Positions 9,901 through 16,597 of a DNA stretch of 26,343 nt are shown here, piece after piece. The DNA is from Myxococcota bacterium (GTDB lineage: Bacteria > Myxococcota > JACRCW01): the NCBI GenBank assembly GCA_040752415.1, contig JBFMGU010000147.1, forward strand, positions 1 to 26,343, read 5' to 3'. Both the position numbers and the translations under genes were made by a program. Every line of letters starts with the position of its first letter. Within the stretch, counting starts at the first letter, position 1. A model generated the notes under the pieces. That model was not told where the DNA came from. It was given only the letters and a program-made list of their open reading frames with translations, and made no database searches.

Positions 9901-11820
9901 GTTGCGCAGCAGAACATCCTGGGCCGGATGGCGTCCTGGGACAGCTTTGAGGACGGCAACCTGGACCTTTTGGCCGTGGACCCCTTCGCCAGCCGCGTGG
10001 TCATCATCGACGACGGCGCGCGCGGACCGGGAGAAGCCAACCCGACGGCGTTCCCGGAAGCGTACCTGCCGCCGGGCGGCCAGGGTGCGGTCAGCGTGGC
10101 CGACTTTGACTTGGACGGCCTGCCCGACGCGCTGGTGGACCGGAGCAATGACTTCCTGATCGTTCCCGGCTCGGCCGCGCCCTGCGAGTTCCCGGTCCCC
10201 TGCCAACGCCCCGTCTCGCTCTATGGCTCGCCCATCACCTATTCCAACACCGTGGCTGGAGGCGCCAGCCGCGCGGCCATGGTGGTTGCGGACTTCAACC
10301 GCGACGGCCGCCCCGACCTGGTGCTGAGCGAGGACGGCAGGCTCCGCCGACTGCGTCACGACGGCGTCACCGACCCGGGGATCGACCCGCCGCGGCGCGC
10401 GCGCTTCGTGGCCGAGCCCGACGTGGGGGTGGGCGCCGTCATCTGGCAGCTGGCGGTGGCGGACATGGACCGCGACGGCTTCCCGGACGTGGTGGCGCGC
10501 CTGTTTGCGCCGCCCGCGCCCGGCCTGGCGCGGCTGGTCTTCGTGATGGGCAGCGACGGGCGGGTGGTGCAGTTCCCGGAGCAGGACGTGCCCCAGGCCA
10601 CGGGCGGGCTTGCGGTGGGTGACGTCAACGGCGACGGGTACCTGGACGTGGTCAACGGAAGCACGGGCTGGCTGGTCAACCTGGGTCTGCCCGGAGCGCA
10701 GCTGGCTCCGGCCTTCGCCGTGCCGTCCGGCTTGGATCCCAACGGAAGCAGTCTCATCGCGGTGGCGCTGCGGGACATGAATGGCGACGGACTGGTGGAG
10801 CTGATTGGCAGCGACGTGTTCACCGAGAAGGTGGTGGCGGCGCAGGCGGTCTGGGGTGCCGGCTGGCCGGCGGTGACGGCTGAGTCGTGGAAACGCACCC
10901 TGCAGGTGAGCGCCAACGTCAGTCCCGCGCGCTCCGCCAGTGACGAGCTGCTGGTCAACGACATGGACGGCGATGGTGTGCCCGACGTGGTCACCTCGCC
11001 CAGCTACGGGGGCCGGGCCGGCGCGTCCGTGCGCTACCAGCCCAGCGGAGCCCTCCAGGAGCTCGTTCTCTCGGACATGCCGGCCATGACCGTGGTGGTC
11101 CCGCCGGGTACCACCCTGCCGCTGCCTTTGGGCCAGGCCCAGACCTACGTGGCGGCGTTGTCCGCGCGCGTTCGCCTGCGCGCCGCGGCACCGGTGTTGG
11201 GCGACGTGGAGCTGAGCCTGGTTGCCCCGGACGGACGCAGCGTGCTGCTCGACGACGGGACCAGCATGACCGACCGCGCGCTCTGGCAGCACAGCTACGT
11301 CGACATTGCCGGCCTCACCGGTTGGCAGCCGGAGGGCTCCTGGGTCCTGGAGGTGCGCAACACCGGCTCGTCCGAGGTGGGCGTGGAGATGTTCGAGCTG
11401 CGCATCATGGGGACGCACCAGCGGCCCAACGGCTCAGGCCATCGGCCGGAGAGCGCGGAGCGCGTTGATTTCCCGCCGGGCATCGCCACGCGGGTGCTCT
11501 CCGGCAGCACCATCATGCGCCCGGACCTGACGGATGTGTCGTGCGCGGGCAGCGCCGGGGGCGGAAACCACTTCTACGAAGTCACCCTGGCAACGGCGCA
11601 GTCGGTCACCGTGCGCGCGGTGGGCACGTTTGACTCGCTGCTGGAGCTTCGGGAGGGGACTTGCGCCGCCAACGGCGCGGTCGCGGCTTGCAATGACGAC
11701 GCCCATGGCGTCAACCCGGAGGTAACCGCACCGCTTGCCGTCGGTACGCACTGCATCGTCGTGGACGGTGATGGGACCGAAGGTACGTACGACCTGACGG
11801 TCACGCTGGCCCCGATCTGA
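3940..11820 (+). CDS. Giant multidomain surface lipoprotein (~2626 aa): carboxypeptidase-regulatory-like domains, Ig-like repeats, IPT/TIG-like domains, FG-GAP/VCBS propellers, P-domain-like and PPC-like C-terminus
   Basis: AGGAGG RBS, then MMRLLTAGLVTVLVVVG-C lipobox. Repeated D-x-x-PP...D-x-AGN Ig units; 13 D-x-[DN]-x-DG-x-x-D-type motifs; GDVELSLVAPDG...GSWVLEVRN (P-domain-like); FDSLLELR...ACNDD...IVVDG (PPC-like). Confidence 0.85.
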   Translation: MMRLLTAGLVTVLVVVGCGPTTSPSSGSRASIVGRVELSTVDGLNDMSRVRVDIGRGEGGTTPSDDGEFEFTDVEADVYELTVTYVGGLSSTASRSAYQRFAQRVVARAGGDVNLGVIRPVLAKGKVSGSVPATDGVDPEGATVELESADGVVNRTVVSGGSFVFEEVPVGHHRARIHKAGYAQASTACSSDVSVDEEDAVAVVTGLSLADTFVGLVPGNGDVVTQEPDLWFSTPSRDSVTAQVVARYPRQGRVWLASEQPGAYQPFLANGYPLSVSSDGRYDFRLQFTDGCAYESPVHGITVIRDGVAPEVLSVRINNGLPYATDDTVGLLVSAVDALSPRLRMRHVVCVGARDAACEAALAAAPYVDFAPDGVLALDGEDGERTLLLDLQDLSGNVSDVSETRFTLDRTPPVVTRFALNGGSSAPTSLRRVGVDISATDNLGDVQIALSESPQDCAAAQYSPLPVGVEFELSGAQGERFLYLCARDGAGNTTASRASDNAVFLDTVAPLAGVLTLAGGAEYVVGAEDVALSVTGGQPGLRLVLEGDLTSLDVPAESVPATLTLNATEGQRTVTAHFVDEAGNRSPPFGDSVILDRTPPVLTVVRLNGGDPFLRTTSASLEVDAREGLSYPLQMRHTACPRARDAACDAELAQAGFVAFETLRTIPLGDQDGLWTVLVQVRDGAGNVSEAGVDTIVFDNDPPNVTRFVINGGEDDVELTAERAVTVAVDATDAISDVEVALSEQAPDCATAAYSLPGVFETGYVLTAAQGARRLYLCARDQAGNATSAIASDNQVHLDSVPPAAGVLTLAAGNPYTRTPQAVDVVITGVPADGSVELSGDITQPGVFAADGIPPSVSVTDGEGLRIVQAIILDAAGNRSPPFQGRITVDVTPPVVEQVRLAEGAPYTTSETVPLTYSVRDALSLEVQARVVPCNGAPDSACAALLAQQPFVDVVLPFGAVFLTDNGEKSVMVEARDQAGNVSAPATDSITLDTQPPRINLFTLSDAQTLTTNNRAVAVHLDIQDDISSVVVALAEGALDCATAQHVYPPVGDFTFVVSDAQGPHALTLCARDEAGKSVTTTSNTITLDTVRPLAGELRIADGRTHVASTVVSVSVDGGEPGADVVLGGDVTAPGTYPLASFPRNFTLNVVSGALATLHAELQDAAGNRSTLSSASITFDDEAPAPGRVVLAGNQQSVNTQTVPVSIEDTLPDTMLFWDATSAGMCTPQACDDNALRPFAPNTTVQLSDGVGTKLVCWQFCDRAGNLVVDSQEIELAPYLSRPVPVLASVTPRSYVVGSSGDTVVATGRGFAADSKIMIGPFVLDCTDTAWATECRADADGGCAATGVCADSCAERCEVTIPGAIKRNSGNFPVRMVTPAPVVGTGESDVQFLVVVAPTPHITDVLPRGIIRQGASQDVTVRVFGERFMDNAEIRIGNITGEVEEIVGEDPVGLRSVRVRFRALDLAPLHDNPYPLTVKNPSPGGGEDATDFGVNPAFHDCGGQTCQSQLRWTRGRLPPVDSTVEADGVRPPLLAQGFEDDWTGGLLALGGERAQVFSREAGGTRSLLSGVRLKPQTSFVPLPWGATAVRVEDGVGSGQRVLLSEKFSTAPLAIPTSRFSGAAAWSPAQDMGPWWPAVQKAVAVTDARGAQGILAWSATRNSVLLTLGSAGPVPQEIEMGNSITGAALADLNNDGLTDLVAAHQGSLNVGVRLGLPNGVEYAPAAFWPSSGIHPLYALQVADMNRDGRPDVVTAHGYGPVVMLGNGDGTLRDGSFNTDVPLPPGGTTALAVADVDGDGNLDIIRAPGVGGGARPGRNVAVYLGDGAGGVTSRAYVEVAGYPMDLEATDLNHDGAPDLVVRTDTYDDGNQGGDVPSVSVVLNQGDGTFGSAISTPVPAGGRSISVTDCTGDGHVDVVSFGAGGATLHQGAGDGTFTDGGTVGGDGPGLVLDVDANGAPEVVAFRDQGSSSQPRSATGVGHGGLRSPLLVAQQNILGRMASWDSFEDGNLDLLAVDPFASRVVIIDDGARGPGEANPTAFPEAYLPPGGQGAVSVADFDLDGLPDALVDRSNDFLIVPGSAAPCEFPVPCQRPVSLYGSPITYSNTVAGGASRAAMVVADFNRDGRPDLVLSEDGRLRRLRHDGVTDPGIDPPRRARFVAEPDVGVGAVIWQLAVADMDRDGFPDVVARLFAPPAPGLARLVFVMGSDGRVVQFPEQDVPQATGGLAVGDVNGDGYLDVVNGSTGWLVNLGLPGAQLAPAFAVPSGLDPNGSSLIAVALRDMNGDGLVELIGSDVFTEKVVAAQAVWGAGWPAVTAESWKRTLQVSANVSPARSASDELLVNDMDGDGVPDVVTSPSYGGRAGASVRYQPSGALQELVLSDMPAMTVVVPPGTTLPLPLGQAQTYVAALSARVRLRAAAPVLGDVELSLVAPDGRSVLLDDGTSMTDRALWQHSYVDIAGLTGWQPEGSWVLEVRNTGSSEVGVEMFELRIMGTHQRPNGSGHRPESAERVDFPPGIATRVLSGSTIMRPDLTDVSCAGSAGGGNHFYEVTLATAQSVTVRAVGTFDSLLELREGTCAANGAVAACNDDAHGVNPEVTAPLAVGTHCIVVDGDGTEGTYDLTVTLAPI
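4855..7476 (+). repeat. Three tandem ~290-aa (~875-nt) super-repeats, each of three Ig-like domains, inside the giant lipoprotein
   Basis: Units start near 4855, 5725 and 6607. Each contains ...C-x4-D-x-AC...DxxGNVS, then ALSE/ALAE...DC...LCARDxAG, then AGxLxLA/IA...GD...DxAGNRS. Confidence 0.85.
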
Positions 11821-12001
11821 GCCGCTGTCAGCTCCCGTTGTCCGACGCAGTCCCGTCGCCGAGCGGCACGTTCGCTCCGGCAAGTTGAACAGCGCGCCGA
11901 TTCCGAAGGTGCGGCTGAAAGGGCATCGCCCACAGCATGGGTTGCTGGTGGATGGTGGATTTCCCGTCGTGGTCTGGAGCCTTGGTGCGGAAACCCGGTA
12001 G

Positions 12002-12297
12002 GGGCTGCGTCAGAACAAGCTGCCCATGGGGACTGCAGACGTCGTGAACGGACCGCGACCTGGAGTGCGGCGGGCCCTCGCCGCCCTGGCCAGCGCCGAG
12101 CAGGTTCCGCACCCGCCAACGGTCGACCAGGCGGCGCCGCTGGCGTTCCCTCGTCGTCGCGGAGTCACGGGCTCCGCGGTCGGCCGTTGAGGACGCTCTC
12201 GGTGCTGGGCATGGCGGCGAGGGCCCCGCCGCACTCCAGGTCGCGGTCCGATCACGACGTCTGCAAGCCCGATGGGCGTCTTGTCCTGGCGCAGCCC
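12002..12297. repeat. Long imperfect inverted repeat (foldback) with ~100-bp arms
   Basis: 12002-12100 aligns to the reverse complement of 12198-12297 at 88/100 by hand count, including a 26-bp perfect run. An inner pair, 12117-12128 with 12178-12189, matches 11/12. Confidence 0.9.
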
Positions 12298-12369
12298 TGA
12301 CCTTGTCGTCGCCTCGCACGCCAGCGTCTGGATTTGTGGAAGCCCCCGTGAAGTGCTCCTATCTCGCCC

Positions 12370-12807
12370 ATGAGAATCCCGTTCGACCTGCTGTGGAAGT
12401 GGCTCCTCGCCGTCACCGTCCTCAGCGCGTTGATGGCCGTGGTGCTGATGGTGGCCCCCGACTCCGCCATCATGCGTGAGTACAACGCCACGTGGTCACG
12501 CGCTTTCTACGGCGCGGACGTCCTTCCGCCCGCCGCGTTGGCGCAACACAAGATGTCCATGGGTGTGTCCGGCGCCGGCGTCCTCGGGTGGGCGGTCACG
12601 CTGCTTTTCGTCGTGATGGGGCCCTACCGTCGACGGGAGCCATGGGCGTGGTGGAGCATCGCCGTGTCCGTGCCCGCGTGGGCGGTGAGCGACCTGGTTC
12701 TCTCGGTGGTCCACGGCGTCTCGGGTGAGGTGCTGTTCGCCGGCGCCGCGCTGGTGGGAATCATGCTCCCCGTCCTCCTCGCCAAGCCACATTTCCCTCC
12801 GCGCTGA
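12370..12807 (+). CDS. Hypothetical 4-TM membrane protein
   Basis: Four hydrophobic segments with a G-x-x-x-x-GW...RRREPWAW...W-x-x-x-D pattern; codon usage is consistent with coding; no clear RBS. Confidence 0.7.
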   Translation: MRIPFDLLWKWLLAVTVLSALMAVVLMVAPDSAIMREYNATWSRAFYGADVLPPAALAQHKMSMGVSGAGVLGWAVTLLFVVMGPYRRREPWAWWSIAVSVPAWAVSDLVLSVVHGVSGEVLFAGAALVGIMLPVLLAKPHFPPR

Positions 12808-12814
12808 GTCGCCC

Positions 12815-13324
12815 GTGACGACGTCGACCTCCCGGATTCATCCCGATGCCGCCGCGCTGGTCCAGGCCCTGGATCTGCAACCCCATCCGGAAGGCGGCTT
12901 CTTCCGGGAGGTCTACCGCGCGCCGCTGACGCTGCACGGCCTGCCCCACGGCGGACCGCGCGCGGCGCACACCGCCATCTACTTCCTGCTGCCCGCGGGC
13001 ACTTTCTCGGCGCTGCACCGCGTCGCATCCGACGAGGTCTGGCACCACTACGACGGCAACCCGGTGGTCCTCCACCTGCTTCGCGACGACGGCGAATACT
13101 CCCGCGTGCGCCTGGGACGCTCCATTCGCGACGGTGAAAGACCCCAACACGTGGTCCCGGCCGGAACCTGGCAGGCCGCCGTTCCCGACGGAGAACGTTA
13201 CGCGTTGTGTGGCTGCACCGTGGCGCCGGGGTTTGAGTTCGCGGACTTCGCCATGCCTTCGCGGGAGGAGCTGCTGGCGCGTTTTCCCAAGCACGCGGAC
13301 GTCGTGCGCAACCTGACGCGCTGA
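12815..13324 (+). CDS. Cupin_5 (DUF985) family protein
   Basis: LQPHPEGGFFRE, TAIYFLL, HRVASDEVWHHYDG, VVPAGTWQAA and CTVAPGFEFADF form the family signature. GTG at 12815 is chosen because it follows the upstream stop; the start is uncertain. Confidence 0.92.
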   Translation: MTTSTSRIHPDAAALVQALDLQPHPEGGFFREVYRAPLTLHGLPHGGPRAAHTAIYFLLPAGTFSALHRVASDEVWHHYDGNPVVLHLLRDDGEYSRVRLGRSIRDGERPQHVVPAGTWQAAVPDGERYALCGCTVAPGFEFADFAMPSREELLARFPKHADVVRNLTR

Positions 13325-13330
13325 CGCGCA

Positions 13331-14041
13331 TCACCCGGGGTGCGTCGTGCCTCCGTGTTCGAGCGCGCGCGTCCAGTCCTCCGGCCCGCCCTCCAGTCGC
13401 CGCAGCCCGCGATCCCGGATCATCCACGCCTCGTCCGCGGCCGCCGCCACGCGCGCCACGTCGTTGGTGGTCACCAGCACCGCGGTTCCGTGACGACGTG
13501 CGGCATCCAGGATGAACCCAATCGCCGACTTCGCCGTGATGGGATCCAATCCCGCCGTCGGGTCGTCCAGCAGCAGACACACGGGACGGTGCACCAGCGC
13601 GCGCGCCAATCCCGCCCGTCGACGCATGCCACCGCTGAGCTGCGCGGGCATCTTCTCTCCGGCGTCACCCAGTCCCAGCTCGCCCAGGATCGCTTCCACG
13701 CGCGTGCGCACCTCCGACTCATCCACGCCATGACGACGCAGCCGATACGCCACGTTGTCAAACACGTTGATGTCATCCATCAGGCCGGGCAGGCCCAGCA
13801 GCACACCCAGCTTGTCCTGGACGACGCTCCACCCCTCCCGCACGCTGGACGTGCCCCCGACGAGAACCTCGCCCGCCGCCGGCTGCAATCCGCACAGCGC
13901 ACGGATGAGCACGCTCTTGCCGCTGCCGCTTGGCCCCAGGACCGCCGCCGCGCGCCCCGCCTCCACGACGAGGTCGACACCCGTCAGCAGCGTGCGCTTC
14001 CCCAGCCGGACGGTGAGGGCGCGCGCCTCAAGGACGGTCAT
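13331..14041 (-). CDS. mlaF: MlaF/Mkl-like ABC ATP-binding protein with degenerate catalytic motifs
   Basis: Walker A GPSGSGKS; LMDDINVFDNVAY, KMPAQLSGGMRRRAGLARAL and PTAGLDPIT are MlaF-like. Walker B reads LLLDD and the H-loop reads VTTND. The start overlaps the ABC1 kinase end by 14 nt. Confidence 0.8.
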   Translation of the reverse strand: MTVLEARALTVRLGKRTLLTGVDLVVEAGRAAAVLGPSGSGKSVLIRALCGLQPAAGEVLVGGTSSVREGWSVVQDKLGVLLGLPGLMDDINVFDNVAYRLRRHGVDESEVRTRVEAILGELGLGDAGEKMPAQLSGGMRRRAGLARALVHRPVCLLLDDPTAGLDPITAKSAIGFILDAARRHGTAVLVTTNDVARVAAAADEAWMIRDRGLRRLEGGPEDWTRALEHGGTTHPG

Positions 14042-15731
14042 TCTTGCCCTTGAACAGGCGCATCAGCGTGCGCAGGCTCGCCTTGGGGATCTTCCCGTCG
14101 AGGAGCACGTAGAGCACCACCGCGGAGAAGAGGATGAACGCGCCCAGCAGGGACAGCGCGGGCACCAACGGAATGCCCAAGACGCGCAGGTCCAGGCTGC
14201 TCAGCCCCTCCACGCCCGACGTCACCAGGGCCGCCGCAATCCCGCCCGCCACCACCAGCAACCCCAGCATGCGCACCGCGCGCGTGAGCTCGCTGATACC
14301 AGGGCCCTCCACGCGCACCGTGAGCTTCCCCGCCTCGAGATCCAGCAGGATCTGGCTGAGCTGCAGCGGAAGATCCTGCACGAACCCCAGGAGCTGCAGG
14401 AACAGTCGCGGAGCGCCGCCTTCCAGCTTGCGCACGTCGTAGCGCTCGCGGAGCAACTGCGTGGCGTAGGGCATGGCCAGCGCCGCCACGTCCAGCTGCG
14501 GGTGCAGGTCCCGGATCACGCCTTCAAACGTGATGGCCGCCTTCCCCAGCACCGCGTACTCGCGCGGGATGCGGATGCGGTGTTTCACGACGAGATCCAT
14601 GAGGTCCCGCATCAGCGCCTGCGTCTTGATCTCGCTCAGTGCCAGGCCCATGTAGCGGTCCAGCAGCTCGGCCACGGCGCTGCGGAAGCTGCTCAGCGTC
14701 ACGCGCTCGTCGCTGTCGCCCAGGCGGTAGAGCAGGCGGGCCACGCTGTCGGGGTCACGCAACGCCACGGCCAGCAGCAGCGCCACCAGTCGATCCTGCG
14801 CGTCCCGGCTCAGTCTCCCGACGAGACCAAAGTCCAGCAGCGCAATGTCGCCGTTGGCCATGATGAGCACGTTGCCCGGGTGCGGGTCGCCGTGGAACAG
14901 CCCGTCCACGAAGACCTGGTCAAACGCGGCGGCAATGAAGCGCTCGGCCACGGTGGCGCGGTCCACGTCGGGGGGAAGCTCGGAGAGACGCGTGCCGCGC
15001 ATCCGCTCCATCACCAGCACCGTGCGACTGCTCAGCTCCGGGTACACCGTGGGGATGCGGATGCGCTTCTTGGGCCCGTGCACCTGCTGGAACGCCTGGA
15101 TGTTCCGCAGCTCCTGCGTGAAATCCAGCTCCGTCTTCAACGCCGTCTCGAACTCCTTGACGACGAGCTTGCTGCGGTAGACGCCCGCCTCCTCGAACAC
15201 CGCGTCAAACACCCCCGCCAGCGTGCCCATCAGCGAGATGTCCGCCTGCATGCGCGCGGCGATGTTGGGCCGCTGCACCTTGACCACCACCTCCTCGCCG
15301 GTGAGCAGCGTGGCGCCGTGCACCTGCGCAATGGACGCGCTGGCCAGGCAGGTGGGGTCCAGCTCCTTGAACACGTCGACAATGCGCTTCCCCAGCGAGC
15401 CCTCCACGACCTGCTTCACCACGTCAAAGCCCAGCGGCGGCACGTGATCCTGCAGGCGACTCAGCGCCTCGATGAAGTCGGGGGGGAGCAGGTCGGTGCG
15501 CGTGGAGAGGATCTGGCCCAGCTTCACGAACGTGGGGCCCAGGTCCTCCAGCATCGACGCAAAACGTTCGGCCGCGGTGCGACCTGCCTGGCTGGGATCC
15601 GGTCCGTCGTCGGAGGCGGCGGCGCGGCGCAGGGCGCTGGTGGTCATGAGGTGACCGAACCCGTGGCGGATCACCACGCGAGCGATCTCCTGCAGACGAC
15701 CCAGATCCGTGACGGCGCCCAACACAGCCAC
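14028..15731 (-). CDS. ABC1/AarF/UbiB-family atypical kinase with C-terminal TM helices
   Basis: LGPTFVKLGQ (KxGQ), LASASIAQVH (A-rich loop), VKVQRP, FHGDPHPGN and DFG are all present; two C-terminal hydrophobic helices; the GTG start abuts the TPR gene stop. Confidence 0.93.
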   Translation of the reverse strand: MAVLGAVTDLGRLQEIARVVIRHGFGHLMTTSALRRAAASDDGPDPSQAGRTAAERFASMLEDLGPTFVKLGQILSTRTDLLPPDFIEALSRLQDHVPPLGFDVVKQVVEGSLGKRIVDVFKELDPTCLASASIAQVHGATLLTGEEVVVKVQRPNIAARMQADISLMGTLAGVFDAVFEEAGVYRSKLVVKEFETALKTELDFTQELRNIQAFQQVHGPKKRIRIPTVYPELSSRTVLVMERMRGTRLSELPPDVDRATVAERFIAAAFDQVFVDGLFHGDPHPGNVLIMANGDIALLDFGLVGRLSRDAQDRLVALLLAVALRDPDSVARLLYRLGDSDERVTLSSFRSAVAELLDRYMGLALSEIKTQALMRDLMDLVVKHRIRIPREYAVLGKAAITFEGVIRDLHPQLDVAALAMPYATQLLRERYDVRKLEGGAPRLFLQLLGFVQDLPLQLSQILLDLEAGKLTVRVEGPGISELTRAVRMLGLLVVAGGIAAALVTSGVEGLSSLDLRVLGIPLVPALSLLGAFILFSAVVLYVLLDGKIPKASLRTLMRLFKGKNDRP

Positions 15732-16052
15732 TCAGTCCTCTCCCCACATCTCAAGCTGGGCCTGCATCTCGGAGGCGGCGTGCTTGTCGCCCTTCTGACG
15801 GGCCACGCCCACCCCCTGCTTCAGCATGGCCACCGCGTCGTCGCGCTTGCCCTGCTCGTCCAGCGTCATGCCCCCCTGGAAGTACGCCGGCACGTAGCCA
15901 GGGTCCACTTCCAGGCACTTCTTGAACGCCGCCAGCGCGTCATCCCGGTTGCCGCGGCTGCGGTGCTCCATGGCCAGCCCGTACCAGACAATGGGCTTGT
16001 GGGGGGTCTTCTGGGACATGGCAATGAGGTCGGCCAGGCGGTCGACGGGCAT
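15732..16052 (-). CDS. Small tetratricopeptide-repeat protein (106 aa)
   Basis: GGAGG RBS before MPVDRL; WYGLAMEH...ALAAFKKCLEVDPGYVPAYFQGG is a TPR pattern; ends GDKHAASEM. Confidence 0.85.
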   Translation of the reverse strand: MPVDRLADLIAMSQKTPHKPIVWYGLAMEHRSRGNRDDALAAFKKCLEVDPGYVPAYFQGGMTLDEQGKRDDAVAMLKQGVGVARQKGDKHAASEMQAQLEMWGED

Positions 16053-16150
16053 GAGGGGAACCTCCGGTAGCGGGCGGATGCAGAACAGTTGGTACGCCGC
16101 CCGGCTCTGGCTACCCTTAGCGCCCTCCGCCTCCAACGACGAGCAGCGCC

Positions 16151-16597
16151 ATGGCTGAACAGCACCGCCGCGTCGAGCCCCGCAGCATCATCGGCACCGG
16201 CATGGCCACCGACCCCGAGCGACTCCGTGACATCGAGGAGCGCGCCGCGCGTTTCGAGCGCGACCGCACCCTCCCCAGGCGCAAGTTCGGCGAGGTCATG
16301 AGCGACGCCGGACCGCAGCCTCCGCCGGGGACGGAGCTGGTGGACGCGCCGCCCCCCGAGCGTGAACGGAAGGGCGCCAAGCCCAAGCCTGAGCCCGCGC
16401 CTCGCAAACCGCCCATGCGCATGCCTCCGCCCGGGGTGAAGATCGTCCGGCCGCCCGCCGCCGCCGCGCCCAAGCCGGAGACGCCGCCCGCGGATCCCGC
16501 GCAGGCCTCGTCGGAGAAGCCCGCCGCTGCGCCCGAGCAACCCAAGACCAAGACCACGCGCCTGGAGAACAGGCCAACGTTTGCCAAGAAGGTCTGA
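16151..16597 (+). CDS. Hypothetical protein with charged N-terminal helix and Pro/Lys/Ala-rich disordered C-terminus
   Basis: Fills the gap after the divergent promoter region; GC3-biased codons; the stop overlaps the next start (TGATG). Confidence 0.6.
   Translation: MAEQHRRVEPRSIIGTGMATDPERLRDIEERAARFERDRTLPRRKFGEVMSDAGPQPPPGTELVDAPPPERERKGAKPKPEPAPRKPPMRMPPPGVKIVRPPAAAAPKPETPPADPAQASSEKPAAAPEQPKTKTTRLENRPTFAKKV

Noticed and set aside
6202..11418. 1738-aa minus-strand ORF (also 16117-19698 minus, 1193 aa, and 13755-16070 plus, 771 aa)
   Set aside because: Antisense shadows of well-supported genes; H/R/V/Q-rich with no motifs, as expected from stop-codon scarcity in high-GC coding DNA.
12001..12030. 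GGGGCTG start resembling a tmRNA/tRNA 5' end
   Set aside because: No GATTCGAC, T-loop or CCA-ended acceptor stem; it is simply the end of the inverted-repeat arm.
11828..12319. 163-aa minus-strand ORF and other short ORFs across the foldback region
   Set aside because: No recognisable motif or RBS and low-complexity R/A/P composition; the inverted repeat explains the region better.
12360..12369. TATCTCGCCC shared with the ahpC promoter region (21088-21097)
   Set aside because: No properly spaced -35 here and only 4 nt from the hexamer to the ATG; insufficient to call a promoter.
13313..13328. Tandem 8-bp duplication CTGACGCG x2 at the cupin stop / mlaF end junction
   Set aside because: Could be an excision footprint, but it is short, GC-rich and has no counterpart at the other proposed block boundary.
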